Below, piece by piece: positions 1 to 7,664 of a stretch of DNA of 32,000 nucleotides. The notes beneath the pieces were generated by a model. It was not told the origin of the DNA. It saw nothing but the letters and a program-made list of their open reading frames with translations, and did no database searches. The translations under genes and the position numbers were made by a program. The stretch spans positions 1,230,001 through 1,262,000 of the forward strand of contig NZ_CP195536.1 in the NCBI RefSeq assembly GCF_051307035.1. Reading direction: 5' to 3'. Numbering within the stretch: position 1 is the stretch's first letter; every line of letters starts with the position of its first letter. Origin of the DNA: Psychrobacter sp. DM4 (GTDB lineage Bacteria; Pseudomonadota; Gammaproteobacteria; Pseudomonadales; Moraxellaceae).

Positions 1-814
1 ACACACCCAAACGATCTTTACCATCAGGTAGCTCAGTTGCGTTGTATTGTGAGACAAGCCCACATACTGGAATGCGAGCATGGGCATTTAATAATGGCAT
101 GACCGCGTCAAACACTTTGCCACCAACGTTTTCATAATAGATATCGATACCCTTTGGGCAAGCTGCTTCTAACTGTTCGGCAAAATCATCGGCTTTATGA
201 TCGATACAGATATCAAAACCTAATTCGTTAACAGCAAAGTCGCATTTTTCCTTGCCGCCTGCGATACCAACAGTGCGTGCGCCATACAGCTTACCTACTT
301 GGCCAACGGTTGCACCAACGGGACCGGTTGCGGCGGCAACGACTAGTGTCTCACCAGACTGAGGTTTACCGATATCTGTCAGACCCATATAACCTGTGAA
401 CCCTGGCATACCGAGCACACCTAAACCATAAGAAGGGTTAGGCATGTCCTTGTCAAGCTTGAGCACACCTTCACCATCGCTGACGCTATAATCCTGCCAG
501 CCGGAATTGGCTACCACCAAATCCCCAACGGCAAAGTTATCAAGGTTAGACTCAACGACCTGAGCGACCGTACCACCCATGATCACATCACCAACATCTA
601 AAGGGTCAGCGTAGCTTTTGGCATCGCTCATACGCCCGCGCATATATGGATCTAACGATAAATAAACAGTACGTAGCAGCATCTCATTGTCATTAGGCGT
701 TGGTATATCGCTAGTGGCCATGTCGAAGTTTTCAGCCTTAGGTTCACCCGCTGGGCGACTGGCTAATTTAATCTGACGATTTGTCTTATCATTTTGTTGT
801 TTATCAAAGCTCAT
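1..814 (-). CDS. NADP-dependent oxidoreductase, MDR family (YncB/CurA-like); C-terminal part runs off the window
   Basis: Absent from the ORF track because it is open to the window edge. My minus-strand translation from the ATG at 812-814 reads MSFDKQQNDKTNRQIKLASRPAGEP..., then EMLLRTVYLSLDPYMRGRM, GETLVVAAATGPVGATVGQ (Rossmann motif), and GLVSQYNATELPDGKDRLGV at position 1. AAGGAG SD at 822-827. Confidence 0.85.
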   Translation of the reverse strand, partial: MSFDKQQNDKTNRQIKLASRPAGEPKAENFDMATSDIPTPNDNEMLLRTVYLSLDPYMRGRMSDAKSYADPLDVGDVIMGGTVAQVVESNLDNFAVGDLVVANSGWQDYSVSDGEGVLKLDKDMPNPSYGLGVLGMPGFTGYMGLTDIGKPQSGETLVVAAATGPVGATVGQVGKLYGARTVGIAGGKEKCDFAVNELGFDICIDHKADDFAEQLEAACPKGIDIYYENVGGKVFDAVMPLLNAHARIPVCGLVSQYNATELPDGKDRLGV

Positions 815-837
815 TTTGATACTCCTTATTTTAATTA

Positions 838-863
838 TTTATTCTAATTGTTTATTCTAATTG
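838..863. repeat. Exact 13-bp tandem duplication (tttattctaattg x2) in the leader/promoter of the reductase gene
   Basis: Read directly: 838-850 is identical to 851-863. Confidence 0.9.
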
Positions 864-1060
864 TTAGGGCGTGTCCTCATTTTGAAGATAGTGACAAAAT
901 TTAGCCGTTCTTAACCCATTTAGGTATTGTCGTTCAGCTTGAGGAGCCGCACTAGTTCTAAGGTTTTGTAATTAGCAGCCACTCAACGCACGTCGCAACT
1001 GCTAATCATAACGGCTACTATAAAAGATACTCACGTATAGAATCAGCTCATTACTTTTAG

Positions 1061-1096
1061 TAGCTTATTAGCAATTGGTAGCTTATTAGCAATTAA
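1061..1096. repeat. 18-bp-period tandem duplication (tagcttattagcaatt exact in both copies) abutting the ADH stop codon
   Basis: 1061-1076 is identical to 1079-1094. The second copy overlaps the TAA stop at 1093-1095. Confidence 0.9.
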
Positions 1097-2301
1097 GCAG
1101 CACTTGTTAGAGCACGTTCCAAAATACGGCGCGATACTTCTAAGTCGTTAGTACTATGCTCGCCCAGCTTCACCATGTTATGAGCCTCTAACTGCTTGAT
1201 AATAGGGTCAATCGCTGACTCATCAAGTTCAGCATCTGCTAAGCTGACAGGTAGGTCGAGGCTTCGAAAGAAATGTTCAGTCTTAGCAATCGCCGTTTCA
1301 ATGACGCTATCATCATCTTGAGTAGTATCGTTGAGACTCCAAACATTACGTGCATACTGAAGCAACTTGTCTTTTTTGCTGTCTTTGAGCTCACGCAGTA
1401 CTGATGGCAGTACGATAGTTAGCGTACGAGCATGGTCAATACTGTGCAACGACGTCAGCTCATGACCTATCATATGCGTTGTCCAATCTTGAGGCACGCC
1501 AGTACCGATAAGACCATTTAGCGCCATAGTTGCTGTCCACATAATATTTTTGCGGGTTTCCATATTGTCAGAATCCGCTTTAACCGCTGCGCCTTCTTCA
1601 ATAAGAATCTTAAGTAAGCTCTCAGCAAAAGCGTCTTGCACTTTGGCGTTGACTGGATATGTAAGATACTGTTCCATCACGTGGACAAAGGCATCAGCAA
1701 CACCATTCATGACCTGACGTTCAGGCAAGGTTAGCGTCTTGGTTGGATCTAAGATTGAGAACTTAGGAAAAGCGAGCGGGTTGCCAAAGGGTAGTTTCGC
1801 ATGACGTTCACTATGATTAACGACGCCGCCCGAATTCATCTCTGAACCTGTCGCTGGAATCGTTAATACCGCGCCCAAATCAACCGCAGAGTCGAGATCT
1901 CGACAGTAGCTGGTGAGCGCATCCCATGCTTGCTCACGTGAGACGGTGCCATCTTCTTCAATCAGTGAAGAGACCAGTGCAACGAACTTACTGCCGTCAA
2001 TCACTGAACCACCGCCGACCGCTAATAGGAAGTCGATGTTATTCTCATTGACCATATCAGCAGCTTTGAGCAAAGTATTAAACTCTGGGTTTGGCTCAAT
2101 GCCACCAAACTCAAAAACTTCGCGGCTACCGTTTACGGCTAACGCGGTTCTAACTTCGTCCAAAGTGCCTGTGCGTTCAGCTGAACCGCCACCATAAGTG
2201 ATGAGTACTTTTGCTTGGCTAGGAACTAAATCTGATAATTGTTCGATTTGGCCCTCGCCGAAGACGATACGTACGGGATTGTAATATTGAAAGTTATTCA
2301 T
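1093..2301 (-). CDS. Iron-containing (group III) alcohol dehydrogenase, YqhD/butanol-DH-like
   Basis: 402-aa ORF. It has LLAVGGGSVIDGSKF (the GGGS nucleotide loop) and the His-rich metal site HVMEQY...HMIGHELTSLHSIDHARTL. AAGGAA SD upstream of the ATG. Confidence 0.9.
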   Translation of the reverse strand: MNNFQYYNPVRIVFGEGQIEQLSDLVPSQAKVLITYGGGSAERTGTLDEVRTALAVNGSREVFEFGGIEPNPEFNTLLKAADMVNENNIDFLLAVGGGSVIDGSKFVALVSSLIEEDGTVSREQAWDALTSYCRDLDSAVDLGAVLTIPATGSEMNSGGVVNHSERHAKLPFGNPLAFPKFSILDPTKTLTLPERQVMNGVADAFVHVMEQYLTYPVNAKVQDAFAESLLKILIEEGAAVKADSDNMETRKNIMWTATMALNGLIGTGVPQDWTTHMIGHELTSLHSIDHARTLTIVLPSVLRELKDSKKDKLLQYARNVWSLNDTTQDDDSVIETAIAKTEHFFRSLDLPVSLADAELDESAIDPIIKQLEAHNMVKLGEHSTNDLEVSRRILERALTSAA

Positions 2302-2382
2302 AGGATTCCTTAAAGGTATAGATCAAAGTTATTAGGTGTTTTGAACTTGAAAGCGAGATTTGAGTACTTCTCAATTGTGACC

Positions 2383-2414
2383 ATTATATATGAATTAGAC
2401 CGGTCGTCTAGTAA
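2383..2414 (-). promoter_or_regulatory. Promoter-operator module upstream of the ADH gene (TAGACG-16 nt-TATAAT with embedded TAGAC-N5-GTCTA palindrome)
   Basis: Minus-sense reading: ttacTAGACGaccgGTCTAattcataTATAATgg. A 21-bp block (2394-2414) recurs at 3297-3317 with 2 mismatches. Confidence 0.55.
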
Positions 2415-2500
2415 TGTTTACAAAACAGTCTCATAAGTAAAGTATATCGACTGAGTATTTTATATTTGAGCTAAGTGGCAATCTAGTACAGAAGGTATGA

Positions 2501-3145
2501 TTATCGTCCCATCTGAGCTGTTGTCATTTGCCAGACTTCCGCTAGAGGAGTGTTCGTTTGACTGGTCTTGGCAATGAGACTTGCGCCAAGCCAAGCAAAG
2601 TACCAACGCTTCGCCATGCTCTCAGCGCCAATATTATCGGTTTGTGGTATTGAGCCCTCTATCCAGCCCGCCTTAATCAAAGAAGTGAGCCATTCGATAG
2701 TCTGCTGATAGCCTTCATTCAAAGCACGGCGCATAGATTCTGATATATCAGCGACTTCGGCACTGAGTTTTACGACCAAGCACTTCTCATGATCGCAGCC
2801 GTTTTGCTGCGTATCATACCAGCCTTGAAAGTAGGTATATAACTTCTGCTGCGCGTCAGTATCTACAGCGCCCATAGTATCCAATCTTATTTTATAGTTA
2901 GCAAAATAGTGGGTAATGATCGCTTCACCAAAGGCTTCTTTTGAGGCGAAGTAATGATAAAAAGAGCCTTTAGGTACACCTGCGGTATCTAGTATTTGTT
3001 TGATTCCAACCGCACTAAAACCCTTTTTTGCAAGAAGCTGATACCCAATATCCAAGAGATGCGTTTTGGTATCTGGTGGCTTAGCATCTGACAGCGTAGA
3101 ATTTGGTTGTGTAGTAGCTATAGACATAAAGTATATGCTCTCCAT
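2501..3145 (-). CDS. TetR/AcrR family transcriptional regulator
   Basis: The N-terminal HTH GFSAVGIKQILDTAGVPKGSFYHYFASKEAF is typical of TetR. An alternative start at Met7 (3127) is possible. Confidence 0.9.
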   Translation of the reverse strand: MESIYFMSIATTQPNSTLSDAKPPDTKTHLLDIGYQLLAKKGFSAVGIKQILDTAGVPKGSFYHYFASKEAFGEAIITHYFANYKIRLDTMGAVDTDAQQKLYTYFQGWYDTQQNGCDHEKCLVVKLSAEVADISESMRRALNEGYQQTIEWLTSLIKAGWIEGSIPQTDNIGAESMAKRWYFAWLGASLIAKTSQTNTPLAEVWQMTTAQMGR

Positions 3146-3285
3146 AAAATCATATAAGGTTATAAAGCAAGGCCATGAGCAGTAGTAGCCGATACTTAAA
3201 ATTGAGCGAATGGTTTATCGTGCAACTTAGAGTAGCGTTAAGTTGTTGAAGCCTATTGAATAGCGTTATTTCTGTTTTAATGGGG

Positions 3286-3317
3286 CTTATAATAACATTA
3301 GACCAGTCGTCTAGCAA
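3286..3317 (-). promoter_or_regulatory. Second copy of the promoter-operator module, upstream of tetR (autoregulation)
   Basis: Minus-sense reading: ttgcTAGACGactgGTCTAatgttatTATAAGcc. It has the same geometry as 2383-2414. Confidence 0.5.
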
Positions 3318-3756
3318 ATTGAATTCAGTCAACGTCGTCTAAAGACTTGAAACGACGAATTAGGAGAAGGCCGTAGTATTAATAGCAACGCTCTAAGGAT
3401 GAGATTTTAGGAGCAATTAAGCAAGCAACAGAGCTGTAGCTAGAGGAACCTATCGCCTTTAATCGTCCCTCACATTTGACTTGCGCTTAATTGCACCCGC
3501 CACCTTCCAAGCAGTATCAAAGCGGGTATGACTCACATCAATGACACTAGGGTGAATGAGGAGAGCAATGCGCCGTTTGGCGGTGAGCCGCATTCTACTC
3601 TTAGTTGTTTTAACGGGGAGTGGATACTAGAAGAGTTCACTACTTTACACAGGATATTGGCTCAGCATGAGCCGCGTGATTATCCTTTTTAGAAGCACTT
3701 TTAGGTGCTAATTGATTTACCGTTAAGTCTTATCTAACTTATATTCAAATAAAGAG

Positions 3757-3781
3757 ATCGCTGTCGTAGCGGTGTTTTTTT
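3757..3781. terminator. Short hairpin flanked by A7 and T7 tracts (bidirectional rho-independent terminator candidate)
   Basis: atcgct-gtcgt-agcggt forms a 6-bp stem (one G-U) followed by tttttttt on the + strand. On the - strand it is followed by ctctttattt, directly after the 76-aa gene stop. Confidence 0.55.
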
Positions 3782-3790
3782 GCCTTGAGG

Positions 3791-4021
3791 TTATTTCAAG
3801 GTAAATCCCAGCATGACTTCAATGTCTTTCATCGTCATACGACGCACCAAGGCCTGCTCTTCAACAGATAAGCGATTGGTGTGCTCCTTTATCATCGTAT
3901 GAATACTGCGGGCAATCTCAGAGGTAGTCGCATAGTACATTTGCGGCTCTTCACGCGTTAATTGTTGTAAGAATCGATTGACTATTTTGCGTTTCTTTAC
4001 AGGATCGGTATCTTCGCTCAT
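3791..4021 (-). CDS. Small hypothetical protein (76 aa), divergent from Cry-DASH
   Basis: ATG-start ORF with a GGAGAA SD-like sequence upstream (4027-4032 region) and a terminator right after the stop. I recognise no family. Confidence 0.55.
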   Translation of the reverse strand: MSEDTDPVKKRKIVNRFLQQLTREEPQMYYATTSEIARSIHTMIKEHTNRLSVEEQALVRRMTMKDIEVMLGFTLK

Positions 4022-4173
4022 GGCATTCTCCTAGGTATCCGTCATCTAATCATTCAGGCTCTCTTGAGTCAACACAAGGTAAAAAATTGCAACAATTCAC
4101 ACGCTTTATACGGTATATCGCGATTTTACTATTATAGTGATTATAAAGAGATATTTAATTCTAAAGGGTATGT

Positions 4174-5523
4174 ATGACAAATCAGCACGTGGGTAGCGAG
4201 TTAAATCATAAAGTCGTATTAATGCTGTTTCATAACGATTTGCGGGTGCATGATAATCAGGCTTTGCATACTGCGGCGCGCCTAGCTGATAATGGATCTC
4301 TACTGCTTGCTTATGTATCAGGACTGGCTGATAGCTCAACGCCAAACTGGGGAGAGGCTTATCACTTTGATGAGATGGGGCTGGCGCGTCAGCAGTTTTT
4401 AATAGAGAGTTTGACAGATTTGGATGCCTCGCTACAAAATTTTGGCAACAGATTGCTATATTTAAAAGAGGAGCACTCCGAGCAAAATTTAGATGCTTTT
4501 ATACAGTTATGCCAGCTTATTGAAGCGCAAAAAGTAACCGATATCTGTGTTAGTAGCACCGCTGACTACGCACAGAATTTGGCTTATAGAGCGCTAGAGG
4601 ATAAGTATCCGCAGATAGTTTGGCACTATCGCTCGACCGTAACGCTTTTTAAATCTATGCCAACCAAAGAGCTGCCCCGAAGCTTTACTCAATTTCGCAA
4701 AAAAGTAGAGTACGAGCACAATCTGTTAAGTGCTCAAGATGATCTTGTCACTTGCCAAAATTTTGCCAAGCTGCCCTGTGTGCCTGAAACGCTAGGAAGC
4801 AACGATTATACGTTTGAGCCTAGAGCTTTTGATACATCGGTACAGTTAGAGCCAAACTTCAAAGGCGGAGAAGGGCAGGCATTAGCGCACCTAAATGCCT
4901 ACTTTGACGCGCAAGCGCCAAGTGATTATAAGGTTACGCGTAATGCTCTTGATACTTGGGATCACTCAACCAAGTTCTCGCCTTGGCTTGCTAATGGGAG
5001 TTTGTCCGTTAAAGTCTTATTAAACCGTTTGCGTCACTATGAGCAGGAGGTGGTCGCTAATGACTCGACCTATTGGATATGGTTTGAGCTGTTATGGCGC
5101 GAGTATTTTTGTTGGTACGGCGTTACTCATGACAAAGATTTGTTTTTGTTCAAAGGTATCAGCAACCGAGCACCCTCCAATCGTCATAATCAGCAGCGCT
5201 TGGAGCAGTGGCAAAGCGGCGAAACCAAGTATCCGATTATCAATGCTTGTATGAAGCAATTGAACAGTACCGGCTACATGTCTAATCGGGGTCGGCAGTT
5301 AGTTGCCAGTTGCTTTATCCATGAGTTAGGACTTGATTGGCGCTACGGTGCGACTTATTTCGAGCAGCAGCTGATTGATTATGACGTCAGTAGTAATTGG
5401 GGCAATTGGCAGTATTTGGCAGGTGTTGGCGCGGACCCTAGAGGCTGTCGTCAGTTTAATCTAAAAAAACAAACGCAGCAGCACGATCCAAACGGCGATT
5501 TTATGGATAAATGGCTATCTTGA
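4174..5523 (+). CDS. Cryptochrome DASH / photolyase-family flavoprotein
   Basis: FSPWLANGSLS, WIWFELLWREYF, and GYMSNRGRQLVASCFIHELGLDWRYGATYFEQQLIDYDVSSNWGNWQYLAGVGADPR are typical of the Cry-DASH FAD-binding domain. Confidence 0.9.
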   Translation: MTNQHVGSELNHKVVLMLFHNDLRVHDNQALHTAARLADNGSLLLAYVSGLADSSTPNWGEAYHFDEMGLARQQFLIESLTDLDASLQNFGNRLLYLKEEHSEQNLDAFIQLCQLIEAQKVTDICVSSTADYAQNLAYRALEDKYPQIVWHYRSTVTLFKSMPTKELPRSFTQFRKKVEYEHNLLSAQDDLVTCQNFAKLPCVPETLGSNDYTFEPRAFDTSVQLEPNFKGGEGQALAHLNAYFDAQAPSDYKVTRNALDTWDHSTKFSPWLANGSLSVKVLLNRLRHYEQEVVANDSTYWIWFELLWREYFCWYGVTHDKDLFLFKGISNRAPSNRHNQQRLEQWQSGETKYPIINACMKQLNSTGYMSNRGRQLVASCFIHELGLDWRYGATYFEQQLIDYDVSSNWGNWQYLAGVGADPRGCRQFNLKKQTQQHDPNGDFMDKWLS

Positions 5524-5553
5524 ATCTATCTTAATAACCTATAAGTATTCATT

Positions 5554-6009
5554 ATGAAAAAGCCCAGCCCTTATCTCACGTTTGCAGGTACGATCCCTTT
5601 TATCGCTTGCGCTATCATGATCACTTTGGGTATCGATGCGGTCATCGCACTTGGTACGACCGCCGAGGTTTTATCCGCTTATGGACTCGTCATCGCCTCC
5701 TTTATGGCAGGCGCGCATTGGGGCAATCATTTAAGCCTAGCGGACGACGATAGTTGGGCGGCAAGATTGCCTATCTTTAGCAATATCGTAGCGCTTGTCT
5801 TATGGCTTGGGTTTTTGATCTTATCAAGTGCTGGATTCATCTGGTTACTAATCATCGGGTTTTTGGCTTTGCTCATCATTGACCACGGTCTTTATCAAGC
5901 TAATATCATTGATAAAACCTATCTTAAAATCAGAAAGTACGTGACATTAATCGTAGTGATTTCTTTGGTCGTATCAGCGCTTGGGTTGCAAACAGTCATT
6001 AAAAAATAA
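5554..6009 (+). CDS. Small integral membrane protein, DUF3429-like
   Basis: Four hydrophobic segments by eye and an AHWG motif. It lies 30 bp after cry, so it is probably co-transcribed. The family name is from memory of photolyase-linked DUF3429 proteins. Confidence 0.75.
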   Translation: MKKPSPYLTFAGTIPFIACAIMITLGIDAVIALGTTAEVLSAYGLVIASFMAGAHWGNHLSLADDDSWAARLPIFSNIVALVLWLGFLILSSAGFIWLLIIGFLALLIIDHGLYQANIIDKTYLKIRKYVTLIVVISLVVSALGLQTVIKK

Positions 6010-6134
6010 ACGTTACTAGAGCAAGGAGAGTGAATCTCGAATAAAGGGTAATACATCGCTGTTTAGATAAAAACATTCATTTGAAATTAATCTTTATAAG
6101 TGAATTCAATTACTTTTGTTTTATGTAGAGTGTC

Positions 6135-6636
6135 ATGCAATCTATCAAATTACCTAGCAAGCCACCAGGTTCGCCCCATTCCATACTCAATTTAAGCTTT
6201 TGCATTTTCTGTAGTGCAGCGCCAGTTTTGCCGTAGTGATGATGGTGCTGTGGTCATTTGTGTTCACAGGTTATACCTATATAGATGCACAAGTTTTGAA
6301 TCCGCTGTATTGGCACGGTCATGAGATGATTCATGGGTACGCCTTGGCAGTGGTCGCAGGATTTTTGCTGTCAGCGGTAAAGACCTGGACAGGGGTCATG
6401 ATGCCACATGGATATAAGCTGCTCAGTACAAGCAGATGAATATTTTAGCTAAGTTTGCGCTATTAACTTTGGGCAGTGGCTTGTGTTACTGGGGCGTTAT
6501 TAACGCTGATAGGAGTACGACTAGAGTAGGGGTCTACTTAGGGTTTGACTTAATTATTGATTTGGTATTGACCATAGGTCGGCGCATGGATTGCGCTATT
6601 TTGCGTGAGCTATCTACCGATGCTCGCTCGCCCTAG
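6135..6636 (+). pseudogene. Decayed NnrS-family (heme-copper membrane protein) gene: frameshifted and truncated
   Basis: The 6236-6439 frame gives WHGHEMIHGYALAVVAGFLLSAVKTWTG, the conserved NnrS core as I recall it. The N-terminal piece (6135-6233) and the following piece (6436-6636) lie in two other frames. Only ~0.5 kb remains, versus ~1.2 kb for an intact gene. Confidence 0.6.
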
Positions 6637-6813
6637 ACCTGATGGTCTATATGGGTAACAAGACTTGGATAATAAAAATGATACAAAATAAATGGGATAT
6701 GAGATGCGATTGACCAATTATAGCGATTATGGTTTGATTATATAGAGAGTGTGCGTGGTAAGAGCGGCAGTGTTCGGCTAGCTGTTACACCGAAAGATAT
6801 AAATTTTTACAGG

Positions 6814-6846
6814 AAAAAGAGCTACCGTTTTGGCAGCTCTTTTTTA
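6814..6846. terminator. Bidirectional rho-independent terminator after the DUF4336-like pair
   Basis: aaaaagagctacc-gtttt-ggcagctcttttttt: a ~10-bp stem with 1 mismatch, with an A-tract and a T-tract on either side. Confidence 0.8.
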
Positions 6847-6867
6847 TTGATACTTCAATAACATTAT

Positions 6868-6897
6868 TTAAGCTTTTTCAAGTTAAGCTTTTTCAAG
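6868..6897. repeat. Exact 15-bp tandem duplication (ttaagctttttcaag x2) that includes the stop codon and last four codons of the 248-aa gene
   Basis: 6868-6882 is identical to 6883-6897. The stop TAA is the complement of 6883-6885. Confidence 0.9.
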
Positions 6898-7629
6898 CTT
6901 AGGACGGGCTTTACTCACCGCCTTTAGTAGTGCCTTTTCAAATCCACCAACTTCAAACTTAATCAAGTTTGAATGCGCGGCACAAAAGTTACTGACATCG
7001 CGCCATTCATGAGCAATCTCGGTTGCCCAATCACAGAACTGTTGGCCCGCATCTGGCTCATCATTGAGGGCTTTTTTAGTTGTTGGATGTAGCATAAGCT
7101 CTGGTAACACTGCTTCTAGGACTTTGTGCGGCGGACTCATAAAGGTGTCATCAACATGCAGGCTCTGACTGGCAGGATGATAGGCGAGTAGTGAACCTGC
7201 GTGAATCATCTCATTAGCATGAATATAGGCGATACCTTGTGACAATGAGAATTGCAATTCAGGATAGCGCTGGGCTACTGCTTTACTTTCAACTAAATCC
7301 TCACTCCAATTGACTTCAGGTATCTTTTTTTTGTGGCGGCTACTGCCATAAAATATTGCTTGCGGAAAGTCCTTTGCCATACGGGCGCAATGAACAGTAT
7401 GAAACGGATGTAAGTTTAGCACCGCTTCAACGTCCGCGCCTTTATTGGTTAGCGCCATGACTTTGGCGCGTACGTCTTCGGTCAAGGTATAGCTGTCCAA
7501 AAAGATAAAGCGTCCTGAATCCAGCTTAATTAGTGAACATTGAGTGCCGATGTTAAGAACGCCGCCGATACGAAAGCTGCCTCTAATGTTCCAAAATCCT
7601 GCACCCAAATCGATTATTTTATCTGACAT
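6883..7629 (-). CDS. DUF4336-like (metallo-beta-lactamase-clan-like) protein, paralogue B
   Basis: 248 aa with no signal peptide. It shares conserved LNLHPFHTVHC, FPQAIFYGSSRH, HPASQSLHVDDTF and NFCAAHS with the upstream paralogue. The family assignment is from remembered DUF4336 patterns and is tentative. Confidence 0.7.
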   Translation of the reverse strand: MSDKIIDLGAGFWNIRGSFRIGGVLNIGTQCSLIKLDSGRFIFLDSYTLTEDVRAKVMALTNKGADVEAVLNLHPFHTVHCARMAKDFPQAIFYGSSRHKKKIPEVNWSEDLVESKAVAQRYPELQFSLSQGIAYIHANEMIHAGSLLAYHPASQSLHVDDTFMSPPHKVLEAVLPELMLHPTTKKALNDEPDAGQQFCDWATEIAHEWRDVSNFCAAHSNLIKFEVGGFEKALLKAVSKARPKLEKA

Positions 7630-7664
7630 AGTTTTATTCCTCTATAGTTTTAGGTTGTAAGATA

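Noticed and set aside
971-1006. 8-bp-stem inverted repeat ATTAGCAG...CTGCTAAT downstream of the ADH gene
   Set aside because: It has a 20-nt loop and no U-tract on the relevant strand, so it is not a convincing intrinsic terminator.
1913-2197. 94-aa + strand ORF inside the ADH gene
   Set aside because: It is nested antisense to a strongly homologous CDS. The translation is low-complexity S/P/T-rich with no SD.
3150-3332. 60-aa minus-strand ORF upstream of tetR
   Set aside because: It has a TTG start, no SD and an Ile/Leu/Asn-rich product. It simply covers the tetR promoter-operator and leader.
3528-3692. 54-codon + strand ORF ([13 protein letters not shown]...) in the orphan gap
   Set aside because: It has no SD and no recognisable family. 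It overlaps the better-supported 20-codon ORF in another frame, so I mention it only as an alternative.
4106-4345. 79-aa minus-strand ORF overlapping the cry start
   Set aside because: It is antisense to the well-supported Cry-DASH 5' end and spans the divergent promoter region.
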